Source: Octopus sinensis
Taxonomy: Eukaryota
NCBI RefSeq assembly: GCF_006345805.1
Contig: NC_043010.1
Span: forward strand, 58,280,001 to 58,344,000
Length of the DNA stretch: 64,000 nucleotides
Direction: 5' to 3'
The translations under genes were made by a program, and so were the position numbers. Positions 37,383 to 49,870 of the stretch are shown here, in pieces. Within the stretch, counting starts at the first letter, position 1. Every line of letters starts with the position of its first letter. Under the pieces are notes generated by a model, which made no database searches, was not told the DNA's origin, and worked only from the letters and a program-made list of their open reading frames with translations.

Positions 37383-38489
37383 TTAACGATATGTTAAGCC
37401 GATTAACTGCATGCAAAAAGTAAGAAATATCCGTCCCATGTCATTGTAGATCATAGAACCTGTAGGCAACCAACTACAGGCAAATAATGGCATGAATTAT
37501 AATAGAACCAAGGGAAACCGAGTTTATTGATTGAGGTACCTTTTGAAAAGTGACCTGATGAGACAAAGGATGCACCAAAACCATTTGACCAGAATCTCAG
37601 CCATGGGAGACCAATGAAAGATTGGTCCAAACGATCATCAAGATTAAGGAAGAACTCCAGGAATTCCATTTTCTGTTTCTCTCGTTTGTTGTGTGTGTGT
37701 GTGTGTGTGCTGGAAGCCATCCATTCAAAACCATTCAAGTAGTTGAACTCCTCACCAACCATTTACTCCCATTTTACACCTTTTGCCAGAGTATTTCTTA
37801 GAATGGGGTAGCTGCCCAACAGAACACCCTGCAAATATCCATTACATATCAAGTTGGCTCTGTCCTGGCCACTAGACAGAAGCAAACAGGTACTTCTTCA
37901 AGGTTTGAACAACTGAACTTCAGGTATTTTAGAAGAATGAGCCCTTGTGTTATGAAGCATATTTTGTAAAAGGGCTGCCATGTACAGGGAGCAATCGAAA
38001 AGTTTCAGATTCCCCTTTTTCCATAACCATTTCAACAGCAAGCCTGCTGTGTACACCAAAGTACTAACAATGTTGGTAACTGACAAAAAAAAATACAAAA
38101 GAAAATACACGAGAACACTATTCTTCCCTACCCAAGCTTACTAGCACCCCACCAATGCTTGGTTTACTGTTGCACCTAGTATTTACCAATTCACATTTAA
38201 TAGAGAGCCTCCCTCATATTTTCATTGATTCACATTAAAAAAAAAAAGGGCTCCCTTCATATTTTTGTGGCCCCTTTGTTTCAGTTGATATTTTTCAAGT
38301 CTTAAAATCTCCACTGTTGGTCTTCCATTCTATTCATCCCTCTATGGATTATGTTAAGAATTTGTCCTCGAGATCTCAATCTTCAACACAAGTCTAAAGC
38401 ACAACTGAATGTAGGTCAGCATGGCACCATCTCACCATTCTTAGATTTGTTCTTCCCCAGGACTGAAACCCTATATGTATGGTTGTAAA

Positions 38490-38898
38490 TATCTTTTACC
38501 TCTTTCAGTCATTAGATTGTGGCCATGCTGGGGCACTGCCTTGAATTTTTAGTCAAATGAAGCAACCTCAGTATTTATTTTTAAAGCCTGGTACCTATTC
38601 TATCGGTCTCTTATGTTGAACTGCTAAGTTATGGGGACACAAACACACCAACACTGGTTGTCAAGTGGTAATGGTGGTGGTTGACAAACACAGATAGAAA
38701 GATACACATCTTTATGTATATATATATATATATATATGATGGGCTTCTTTCAGTTTCCATCTACCAAATCCACTCACAAGGCTTTCATCGGTCGAAGGGT
38801 ATAGTAGGAAACACTTGCCCAAGGTGTCATGCAGTGTGACTGATCCCGGAATCCGTGGTTGGGAAGCAAGCTTCTTACCACACAGCCACGCCTGCCTC
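38490..38898 (-). mobile_element. SINE, family A (long form with tail)
   Basis: Head, (AT)n and tail blocks match 44910, 48712, 51995 and 62875. Confidence 0.85.
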
Positions 38899-39098
38899 TG
38901 CCTATCTATATATGATCTAAACACACACACACACACACACACACAAAACTCTCATAATCACACAGCCTTAATGGCTCATAACAATTCAAATGTTTAATCT
39001 CTAATGTCTGCCCCAAATGTTAATTTTTGCCAGAAATCCTTGAATTTGTCCTTCCCACTCCCCACACCATCCCTCCTCTTTCTCTCTCTCTTTCTCTG

Positions 39099-39141
<43 letters not shown>

Positions 39142-40049
39142 CTGTGCGGGTGTGTGATGTTTCTGTTCCATGGGAAAGAACTGATGTTGTAACATACTGC
39201 GGCACCACACAATGGTACTAGATAGGACTAGCTTAAAGGGTTTTTAAGTGGCTAACAGCACAGATATTCAGAGGATGCAATGGTATTAATCAGTTTCATA
39301 AATAATCTGGAAATAAGAAATATTGAATGAATCCATCAGATCATCTTATATTTTATCGTTTCTGTCTGTTAGTTTAAGGAGGACCAAAAATGGTGACGAC
39401 TGTTACAAGGGAGGTAACTACGGTATAACAGTATTTTCTCTTTTCTCTGGTTTAGTGGAAACCAATCTCTGCTGGATTCCTTTATGTTTGTATGGTGAAA
39501 CCGAAATATTATTTGACATAGAAATAGGATTCGTGAAAACGCTAGTTATCCCGCTGTGTAGATGTTTATTCATTTATTTATATATTTATTTATAATCTCA
39601 GAGGTTTAATGTTATTCATTTTTGGTTTATTTCTCCAAATATTCTTCCTCAAATATTTATAAATTTTATGTTCATATATATTTAATTCATGGATTTAGAA
39701 AAATAAGCTGAAATCTTTTCTTTTTTTTTTTTTAATCCAGTAAGAATCAATTTGTGAGAGAAACATGTCTGTGTTCTTTTTATCAGAAATTTTAAACTTT
39801 GGATCAAACAACTTGACTCTTTATTAACAGATGTCATAATTTACAAAGTAAATATTTTCTAAACTTTGCTCTTCAAAAATAGAAGACTTTGAGTTGATGT
39901 TGTTGTTATTGTTTTAGTAGTAGTTGTTTTTTTGGGGGGGGCCCAAGGTTGGCTGTGACTGTGTACACATACCATGAGAGTCCCTTGAACTATAACCATA
40001 ACTATTTTGGTTGTTGTTTCTTCTTTCGTGACATCTGATACCAGTAATT

Positions 40050-40500
40050 GCACCTGGTTTGTCAGTCATTTAACTTTCTTTATTGTATATTTTATGTGTG
40101 AAATGTTGTGGAAAATGGTGCAGCATGTATAACAGGTTGTTTGTGTGTTTTGTAGAGATGCAGGAACAACTTAAAAAAGATGAGTAAAATAGAAAGTACA
40201 GGGAATTGCTGTAAGGTCTGTAAATGTTGTTCTTTTGTTGTACACAATTATTGGCTGCCAACCTGACAGTTTATGGTTCCTTTAAGATGTAAAAGGAATT
40301 AAGTCCTAACACAAAAACTGTGATGTTACCTCTTTTGTTATGCGTGCTATTTGTCAACCAGGATGTGTTGAATACACTGAAGTCACCTCCAGTGATGCTG
40401 TTTGGGAGAACATTAATAATGTTATTGTCAAGATGTGTGGTTTGGTGGTTGACCAAAGCGGTCAATGGCAAGAAAAATCAATTGCAATGTACTTCCCCAT
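40050..40500 (-). mobile_element. Highly degenerate LINE APE-domain remnant (CR1/L2-like)
   Basis: ITGGDFSVFNTSWLTNSTHNKRG resembles the APE GDFN motif; otherwise eroded. Confidence 0.35.
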
Positions 40501-40789
40501 TTACTATATTCTTTATTATTCCTTGATGGCCTTTTAGTTGCTGAGTGAGCCCGGTCAGCTCAGCTTGAGTAGTTTTATGACTCAATATCAACAAACAATG
40601 CAGTTATTCTATCACAGCTGATCTTCTTAAATTTTATTTCAATTTAAAAATGCCTGAAAGTTTGAGCTCCTAATTCGATTCTGTAGCCTTCAATAAGATC
40701 ACCAGTAGGACCATAAGTGAGGTGGTAGGGTCACTGAAACTTCACTAATTTTGTTACATAAATAGTATATATATATATATATATATATA

Positions 40790-41043
40790 CTGTTGTGTCT
40801 TGAGAGAGTCATTCTCTTTTAGTGCCTTATAATTTAACACACTCACAGGTAAAATTTCCACTTCTTTTTTATTTTTCTAAAATTTTGATTGCGTCTTGCA
40901 ACCTTTTCGAAAGTCAAAACTATTGAAAAGGTTGCAAGACACAATGAAAATTTTAGAAGAATAAAAATGAAGTGGAAATGTTACCGGTGAGTGTGTTAAA
41001 TTATAAGGCACTAAAAGAGAATGACTCTCTCAAGACACAACAG
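40790..41043. repeat. 254-bp palindrome (124-bp arms, 6-nt loop)
   Basis: Arms are colinear with no net indel, about 8 mismatches, outer 57 bp perfect; loop TCAAAA at 40914-40919. Confidence 0.95.
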
Positions 41044-41109
41044 AATATACTTCAACACACAAACTCACACAAAGAATTTTTCAAACCAAATCCTAAAACG
41101 AAATATATG

Positions 41110-41153
<44 letters not shown>

Positions 41154-41355
41154 CTTAGAGAATATGATAACCTCATAAAGAGATGGTTACATCCAAGGGA
41201 ATACTGCTTCAATATCTAGAATTATTGATGAATGAAGTTCCCTTAAAACAATAGATATATGTTAAACATATATTTTGTAGCCATTTAAATGAAGGAAAGA
41301 AAATGGTGATTTGAAAGTTAATAATTATTTATTATTAACAAATTAGTAATCGTTA

Positions 41356-41453
41356 CTTCTTACAGCCGTTTCCATTAATACTCAATAATTAAAACACTAA
41401 TTCGTGCATTAAATTTGCATTTATATTTTATGAGCATAATTTCATCAGAGAAG
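41356..41453 (-). ncRNA. Putative type I hammerhead ribozyme in a Penelope-like pLTR remnant
   Basis: Stem I CTTCT/AGAAG; core CTGATGA; stem II ATTA-TGCTCA/TGAGTA-T-TAAT with a long loop; GAAA; self-complementary stem III ACGGCTGT; cleavage triplet GTA; A.G mismatch at the base of stem II. Confidence 0.65.
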
Positions 41454-41569
41454 AAGATATACCTTAAGATGTAACACGCCGAACTATCAGTTCATACCAG
41501 CAGACTAGTAGTCAAGTACATCGACATCAAAAATCCTGCTGTGCTTGAGGAGACCTACAATGGAAATTG

Positions 41570-41880
41570 TAATTGTGATACCTGTGCCGGTGACACGTAA
41601 AAAGCACCATCCGTACGTGGCCAATGCCAGCGCCGCCTTGACTGGTTTTGGTGCCAGTGACACGTACAAAGCACCAACCGATCGTGGCCATTGCCAGCCT
41701 CCCCTGGCACGTGAAAAGCACCCACTACACTCACAGAGTGGTTGGCATTAGGAAGGGCATCCAGCTGTAGAAACACTGCCAGATCAGACTGGAGCCTGGT
41801 GCAGCCTCCTGGCTTCCCAGACACCAGTCGAACCGTCCAACCCATGCTAGCATGGAAAGTGGACGTTAAACGATGATGAT
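41570..41880 (+). mobile_element. Family C repeat (RTE-tail type)
   Basis: GGAAGGGCATCCAGCTGTAGAAAC...CCCATGCTAGCATGGAAAGTGGACGTTAAACGATGATGAT. Confidence 0.88.
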
Positions 41881-42574
41881 ACACACATGCATATAGTTAT
41901 CGATCTAGAAAGATAGATTGATAGATACAACACACAATATATATATATATATATATATATTTGTATATATATGCATGTGTGTGTATATATATATATATAT
42001 ATATGCTTGTGTGCATGTGTGTGTAGCAGGAATATTTGGCTGTGCCAAACCCGAACTGCCCAGAAGTTGAACCTGGATCAAGGGATCTGATACAAAAACA
42101 AGTAAAGAACTGAATGCAATTTCTTCAATTATTGATGACATCACTAAAACACTAACCACTTGGACATCACATAAAACAGAATCTCATTAACAATCCCACC
42201 TTTTGAAATTCTTTTCACTTTCAAAGAACTACCTACAAACAGAATTCTCTTTCTGCTAGCAATCCATGTGTATCTATAAGTCAGCCAGAAGCATCATTGC
42301 AAGTTCCACAGCACCATCATGATAATGACAACAGTGTAGCTGTAGCACCAAGAATAATGGTACCACAGCACAATGATGGTGATGACACACCTAAACCACT
42401 GAGATGGTAGACTAAACCAGTGGAGCATACACTTGTCATGCTGCTAGACAGTCCCTTCTATTCTTTTCTCCATATCAGCTGTCAAACTGTTTACTTGTGC
42501 AAATATCTTTTCTGTGATTCGTAATAAGGGCATCACACAGTGTGGTAATGGTACAAATAATATCTCTGATCTTG

Positions 42575-42892
42575 TTCTTATCGACCCCAAAAGGAGGAAA
42601 GGCAAAGTTGATCTTGGTGGAATTTAAACTCAGAATGTAAAGACAGACAAAATACCTATTTCTTTATTACCCACAAGAGGCTAAACACAGAAGGGACAAA
42701 CAAGGACAGACAAACGGATTAAGTCGATTGTATCGAGCCCAGTGCGTAACTGGTACTTATTTAATCGACCCCCGAAAGGATGAAAGGCAAAGTTGACCTC
42801 GGCGGAATTTGAACTCAGTACATAGCGGCAGACAAAATACCACTAAGCATTTCACCCGGCATGCTAAGATTTCTGCAAGTTTGCGGCCTTAC
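42575..42892 (-). mobile_element. SINE, family D: one partial copy followed by one near-full copy
   Basis: Core TCGACCCC.AAAGGA..AAAGGCAAAGTTGA occurs twice, at about 42580 and 42765. Confidence 0.85.
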
Positions 42893-43488
42893 AACAATGT
42901 TGATAATGTTACATATACATACATACATACAATATGATTAAACTGCCTGATGTATGTATGTGAATTGGAAGTAGGAATTTGTTTTGGGAATTATTTATTC
43001 ACCATTACATATGTTTCATTTGCTAATATGAATTACAAAGTCGTACCAGTTGGATAAACATATCAGAAATTTCCTATCAGAAATTCTTCAGACAGAGAAT
43101 CAAATAATGGTGAATAAATAATGCCAAAACTTTTTCAAACTTCCTGTTAAGAATTATAATAATTTTGCAAACAATATTTCCAAAATTTTCAACTCTAATA
43201 TTTTCCTCACATAAATACAGTAGCCACAACAACTGCATACTGGAGAGTAAGACTGGAATGAGCAGGTGTGCTTCAAGCAGACACTGCTTATATTTTACCC
43301 TATCTATCTGTATGTGTATGTGTGTGGTGTGTGTGTGTGTGTACAGAATACGAAGAGTTTAGGCCACTGGTGATCTAAATTAATAGGTGCACTGTCTAAG
43401 CACTTGAATAAGTTACTAGGATCCAAGTTCCCAACAGGCTGGAGTTGAGGATCTGTAGCCTACTTCTGTGTCAGCAAGTATAAATTAA

Positions 43489-43572
43489 AGGAAGAGGAAA
43501 ACAAAATCAAAGCAGGACAAGCTTGTCAGATCAGATAAGCTTGTCCTACCTTCATTTTGTTTTCCTCTTCCT
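43489..43572. mobile_element. 84-bp foldback MITE, TTAA|AGG...CCT|TTAA (Kolobok/T2-like)
   Basis: 45-bp arms including the flanks, 4 mismatches, 6-nt loop. Confidence 0.8.
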
Positions 43573-44207
43573 TTAATTAATGTATGGATGGATGTATGGA
43601 AGGACATATGTATACATCCATGCATCTATCCATCTACCTTTTTCTCCCTCAACCCCCCCCCCTCTCTCTCTCTATTTTTAAACTACACTAGATGTATGTC
43701 TATATTATGTGATAACAATATTACTTTCAGGAAAATGAAAAACATTCCAAAAATCCTTCCCAAATCCAATCTGTTTTTTATTCCCATATATTTACCTACT
43801 GTTAGTTACAAAACCAAGATTATCTCCTGAAACACTCTCTTATTATTACAATGCATTCATATTTTACCTGTTGTTTGTTGCGTATTAATAAATAATGAAA
43901 TAATTGCTTAATTCACAGAGGTTATAGCTGTGGGAATTCACACACATTAATAGTAATTTTCAGTTGGTTTTGTTCCAATTTTTACCAGTATTCTCTGACA
44001 CCAATGTCTGGTTTTTCTTTACATCCAAAGTAAGCATAATATATTTCCCTTTTGATTCAATCTACTACTATTTGATTTTGCACACATCCAAATCTACATA
44101 TCACATTCACCTGCCCAATATCATAAGCTGCTTTAAAATCATATTCACTAAGTGGACGATAAAATCTATTAAATTGCTTGTGTTAACTGTTATAAAATAT
44201 CTTTATA

Positions 44208-44335
44208 CAGGTGCAGACGTGGCTGTGTGGTAAGAAGCTTGCTTCCCAACCACATGGTTCCAGGTTCAGTTTCACTGCATGGCACCTTGGGCAAGTGTCT
44301 TTCAATGTAGCCTTGGGCCAACCAAAGCCTTGCAT
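44208..44335 (+). mobile_element. SINE, family A (head)
   Basis: TGGCTGTGTGGTAAGAAGCTTGCTTCCCAACCACATGGTTCCAGGTTCAG. Confidence 0.85.
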
Positions 44336-44339
44336 TTGA

Positions 44340-44625
44340 GCGAGAGACCAATAAAACTCCTTGTAACACCAAAGATGAACTGAAGGCAAGGATTATGGCA
44401 GCATTCACCAACTTAAACAAGGAGACCGCCCTGAAGAGTTGCAGGAGATTCCAAAGTCGTCTGGAGGCTGTGGTTGAAGTCAATGGCGATTTCATTGAAT
44501 AAATTTACTCTTTAGTATTTCAAAATATTTTTATGTAATCTTGGTAAAGATATCTGTTAAAATGAGATGTCAGGGTTAATTTCAATTTGTGTAATTTAGA
44601 CGACAGTTTATTCACTGCACCCTGT
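44340..44625 (+). mobile_element. 3' end of a maT-like Tc1/mariner element
   Basis: NTKDELKARIMAAFTNLNKETALKSCRRFQSRLEAVVEVNGDFIE*, then TIR ...TGCACCCTG-TA; same protein family as the 7600-9140 element. Confidence 0.8.
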
Positions 44626-44634
44626 ATACAGCTT

Positions 44635-44680
<46 letters not shown>

Positions 44681-44909
44681 TACCTAGGTTAATCCTAATC
44701 AAGCAAGTCTTTGATGATATGAACTCTATCTGTCATCATTCTGTCGATTTAAAGAGTATCTAGGACTACATTATCCAGTGTTTCCTTTGGTAATACAACA
44801 GTTGCAATATGAGGAAGATTTGGCTGCTATTTCCAGTACATCAAATGACCGTGTAGAGACTGTCTGAGATGGTGAATGGATAGTAGTAATGATGATGATG
44901 ATAATAGGT

Positions 44910-45285
44910 GTAGGAGCGGTTGAGAGGTTAAGAAGCTTGCTTACCAACCACATGGCTCTGAGTTCAGTCCCACTGCATGGCACCTTGGGCAAGTGTCTTC
45001 TACTTTAGCCCTAGGCCAACCAAAGCCTTGTGAATGGATTTGATAGATGGAAATTGAAAGAAGCCCTTTGTATGTGTGTGTGTGTCTGTCTGTCCTCACC
45101 ACTGCTTGAAAACCAGTGTTGGTTTGTTTATGTCCCCATAATTCTTCAGTACAGTAATAGACACTGATAGACTAAGTGCAAGATTTAAGAGAAAATAAGT
45201 CCTAGGGTCAATTTGTTGGACTAACACACTTCAAGGTGGTGCTCTAGCTTGGCCGCACTTAACTGATTGAAACAAATGGAAAATA
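44910..45285 (+). mobile_element. SINE, family A (long form)
   Basis: Head and tail blocks as in the other copies. Confidence 0.8.
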
Positions 45286-45556
45286 GAAAAGAGGAAGACG
45301 ATGTCGATGACGGCGAAGGTGGTCGGGGTGATATCGTATTCCATGAGAAAAACCTGGGAACAACGGAATTATCTCCCTTGTGTTATATTTCCTTCAATGC
45401 TTTGACAGAGTGCGTGTGTGTGTGAGCAGTTGCTGTTATTAATGTGTTGTTAGTTGCTGTTATTTGCCTGATTGAGCAAATTTTTGTTCAAAAACTTTTC
45501 CAACCATTACCATCCCGCTTTTGTTCCGTGTATTGTCTGACAAAGACTACATTATC

Positions 45557-45870
45557 CAAGGGATCCCAACCATTTTTTTCCATCTATGGACCCCTTTGAT
45601 TACTGTGTATTCTGGTGGACCCACGTAGCAATTCGATGTTTAAAAACTAGCTTTAGAGAAACTTCTTTCATAATTCATATTTCCGTTCTAAAACATTAAC
45701 TTGCGTAGTTTAAATGTTAGGGAAAGAGACCCACCTGTTTCTTGCAATATATACCAAGACATACATCTAAAGCAAATTTTTTTTTTAGGGACCTTTAAAA
45801 TACTATTGTGGATCCCCAGTTCACTATTTTACTTGCGTGGACCCTTAGGGGCCCATACAGACCCTGAGAT
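45557..45870 (+). mobile_element. hAT-type MITE remnant related to 55149-55635
   Basis: Shared CAACCATTTTTT..CTATGGAC.C.TTTGATT start. Confidence 0.45.
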
Positions 45871-46399
45871 ATCTTTTTATAAGAAGACAGAGTGGGATTT
45901 CAGAGAAATTTGGCTGCTGTTTTTAGCAGGTGTACTGACCCATGCCTCCATGTTGTTGTTAGTGTTGTGATAAGACAGTAGAAATCTTTGCCATCTGACT
46001 GGACTGCTGCAACATGGAATGAAGTGTTTTGCTCAAGGACACAGTACACTGTCGGGTCCAGGAATGGAAACCACAATCTTGTGATCATCTTCACGTTTTG
46101 GCCATTAACTTTCTATAATCACACATCATCCTGCCACCACCACCACCACCACCACCACTGCCACTGTCACCACCATTCTGACAATGCTGCCTTTCACAGC
46201 AAATGATCATCAAAGACAATACCACTGACCTGGCCCCATGGTGGTCTGTTCTTGGACAGGAACTATGCATGTGGACCTTCCCCAGTGCTCTCTATATGAC
46301 CTGGCAAGCCCCCACCATCACTGCCACTGCTGAGTTGTTTACTGGGACTTTGGCTACCATAAATAAACCTTGGGATAGATACTGGAATTGCTTTCCCAT

Positions 46400-46620
46400 T
46401 GCCTCTCCAGGCAGGTGGGATTTGAACTCAGAATGTCGAGATCTACTGTAAAGCATTCCTGCCAACATGCCGATGATTCTGCCATTCTACCACCTGCAGA
46501 GGAACAGAAAATGAAGTGCTTTGCTCAAGAACACAATGTGCAGCCCAGTCCTGGAACTGAACCCATGACTTAGCCATTGTGAGTACAGTGTCCTAACTAC
46601 TGGGCCACGTGCTTTCACTA
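46400..46620 (-). mobile_element. Adjacent family D and family B SINE heads
   Basis: TTTGAACTCAGAA...GATTCTGCCA; GCTCAAGAACACAA...CTAACTACTGGGCCAC. Confidence 0.6.
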
Positions 46621-48211
46621 TATCAGTGACCACCACACCTCAATATGTCTGGATTAGTGACCACCTCATCAACTCCTATCTCTATATCTTCCTCCAAACT
46701 GTTCCTCTAACCACCACCATCAGTTGTTGCTACCACCTCTTCTCCACCTTTAATAACACCCCCCTTCATCTCACCTCAACTCATTATCCTTAATCTTGCA
46801 CACTCCCTCCTAATGATACTACTAATGAAGATATGCATTAATTAGTCTACATAAACTGTCCCCATCACTCTTAGTTACATCACTATCATTCTTCACTGAC
46901 CTCCTATACATTTTTTCACCTTTTTATCCCCTTTAAGCCCTGACCCTAAACATCATCCTCTCTCTTCCCATCCGACCCAACCAATAGGAATGACTTCATT
47001 AACTCTCCCCACCCCTCAAAACAAACCCTGACAAGTGAACTTTCTGCTACTTCATCCCAGCTTGCTTTTGGTCATCAATTACTTTTATTAAGGCTATTCT
47101 TAGCTCAGCGTCTGCCTTCTTTGCTCTTCTAAACTGTCTATTTGTCTGTCTGTCTCCAATGTCCTCCAAACCCTTCTACCAGTTTCTCATTGGACTTCAT
47201 CAACCCTTAAAAACCCTCTACTTTTCCCCTCCCCTCCTTCACCTCTCTATGACATCATCTTTCTATATTTCTGTCTCTACCAAGTCTACCTAGGCTCACA
47301 TTATTCAATGTGCCAATTTCTTTCAAGACAATAGGGTGTGATTTGAAGGACAAGTGGCTGGAATTTCTAGCAAGTTGACTGACTTCGTAGAAGTTCCCTC
47401 AATGGCTTCTACCCTCATTAGCTTGTACCCCTATCCACTTATGACCAAAACCTCTCAATTTCTCTTCCTCACTTCTGAATCACATTCACTCAACCATGAC
47501 CACCGCTGGTCTTATCTGACCTTTTAAATACCCTTTATTTACTTCATCACATCTTCCCCCTCCAAAACATATTTTCTCTCCCCTAAACACTTTGCTACCC
47601 CAGACCCTGTAACTGGCTTCAGCACATTTACTTCTGTGTTGTGCTCTTAATAACCCAGAAACGGAGCTAGTTATTTGCCCACATAGCAAGGCAAACACTT
47701 CTGGTGGTGATCCCTTAATTGTTCCTAGACAGAGCTAGTCTCTTACATCAACAGATCCTTCAGTCTTTCCCTTCCTACTGGAATCTTTTCCATTCCACAC
47801 ATGTTATGTTTTGTTGTCTCTTCAGAAGGACAACATCCTTGACTCCATTGGGCACTGCATGAGGACTCTGGAAAAGAAGCACAGCCATGCTGACTCGACT
47901 AATTATTTAGAGTCACTGCATCATTGCCCTTCTAACATCTCAAAATGGGCTGATGAAGACTCCTCCACGCGATTGTTAGAACTGCTAGAAACAGGAGTCA
48001 CATGTCATTCAAAATTCATGATTCTGCATTTCAAAAAGGGATGGCCATATTAAACAAGATATTCCTTGGAAGACAAAAGGGAAAAAACACAAAGATAAGT
48101 CAAATTGCATCTCAGATTACTTGAACCTTAGTTCTGCACGTTTAATGCCAACCTAGAGTTAAACAACAACATCAGCATCTCAGAAGTGATGGAATTGGTC
48201 AAGAATAACAC

Positions 48212-48251
48212 GTGGGTCCTACACCATTGGCCCCAATGGTGTAGGACCCAC
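48212..48251. repeat. Perfect 40-bp palindrome (19-bp arms, CC loop)
   Basis: GTGGGTCCTACACCATTGG-CC-CCAATGGTGTAGGACCCAC. Confidence 0.97.
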
Positions 48252-48711
48252 ATATCTAGGACCATGGGTTTGTTGCTAGACGTACAGACATCCATGACCA
48301 GATTGCAACAGTGACCCTGTCCTCATTGATGGACCCAATCACCAGCATACAACTTCTGCTCTACAACTGTATCACATCTCTTTCTCTTCTACCACTGCTA
48401 CAACAGACTCTGTTCCCCTGAACCTATCTGGAACCATATCTCCCTTCCTGTCACCCCTTAATATGTTTCTGTTTAAATTTCCTATGCTCCTCCCCCTCTT
48501 GCCCATCCTCATCCAAACTCTCATCACCAATCAGGGATGATTTAACAAACTATCAAGGCTCTCTCCCTCTCCCTAATGAATTCAAACATCACCACATGAC
48601 TCCCACCCCCGCACCAGTTAACCATTATTTTAGAATTCTGAGTTCAGTTCCAGTGGAGGGGAGGCTTTGTTAAACATCCCCCTCCCACACACACTATACA
48701 GGTTCTTTTAC

Positions 48712-48909
48712 ATTTTTTACTTGTTTCAGTCATTTCACTGCAGCCACGCTGGAGCACTGCCTTTAGTCGAACAATTCGACCCTAGGACTTATTCTTGTAA
48801 GCCTAGTACTTATTCTATTGGTCTCTTTTGTAACTGCTAAGTTACAGGGATGTAAACACACCAGCACCAGTTGTCAAGCAATGGTAGAGGGGGCAAACAC
48901 AGACACACA

Positions 48910-48952
<43 letters not shown>

Positions 48953-49110
48953 CAGGCTTCTTTCAGTTTCTGTCTATGAAATCTACTCACACGGCTTTGG
49001 TCAACCCAAGGCTATAGAAGACACTTGCCCTAGGTCCCATGCAGTGGGACTGAATCCAGAACCATGTGATTGGTAAGCAAGCTGCTTACCACACAGCCAT
49101 CCCTGCACCT
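48712..49110 (-). mobile_element. SINE, family A (long form)
   Basis: Matches 62875-63255 and 38490-38898. Confidence 0.85.
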
Positions 49111-49304
49111 ATAGTTTTATATTTTCAGTTTCAGGACCACCTGACCTTGGATTGAGATGATTGGGCACGGCTGTTTCGGTGCTGATGATTAGGCATGGCT
49201 TACTGGAGATTCAACCAGTTTTGACAATAGCACTTTTGGGTATGAGAGGCCAACACATGCACACATGCATGCACATATGTGCAGGAATATACACATGTAA
49301 ATAG

Positions 49305-49635
49305 ACAATGATGGTGCATGGCCCACTGGTTAGAGCCTCAGGCTCACAATCATGCAGAGGTGAGTTTGATTTCCGGACATGCTGTGAGTTGTGTTCTTCA
49401 GCAAGACACTCTATTTCATGTTGTTCCATTTCACTCAGCTGTAGGTATGAGTTGTGACATCACTGATGCCAAACCGTATTGGCCCCTTTGCCTTTCTCTT
49501 GGATAACATCGGTGGCATGGAGAGGTGAACCTGGTATGATGGGCAACTGCTGGTCTTCCATAAACAATCTTGCCTGGACTTGTTGCCTTGGGGTGCAATC
49601 CCATGGTCATTCATGACTGAAGGAGGTCTTTACCT
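49305..49635 (+). mobile_element. tRNA-head SINE, family B
   Basis: A-box-like TGGCCCACTGG and B-box-like GAGTTTGATTTCC; body matches 27868 and 57250. Confidence 0.8.
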
Positions 49636-49654
49636 CTTAGACAGCAGGGAAGGG

Positions 49655-49870
49655 AGAGAAGTATTGGATTCAAATTTTAGGACAAGGCTAGCAATTTTGG
49701 GAAAGGGGCTGAATCTATAAAGTCAATCCCAGTGTTCAACTTATACTTATCAACTCTGAAAGTGATGGAAGGTAATTTGACCTCAGCAGAATTTGAACTC
49801 AGAACATAAAGCTGGACAGAATGTTGCTAAGCATTCCATCTGGTGTGATAAAAATTCTGCCAGCAGTGCT
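49655..49870 (-). mobile_element. SINE, family D (degraded)
   Basis: GACCTCAGCAGAATTTGAACTCAGAAC...TAAGCATTCCATC. Confidence 0.65.

Noticed and set aside
37760-38100. Possible pogo/Tigger DDE fossil (AHSS...LFKP)
   Set aside because: Too degenerate to call by eye.
47945-48000. CTGATGA...GAAAC pair
   Set aside because: No stem II, stem III or stem I complementarity.
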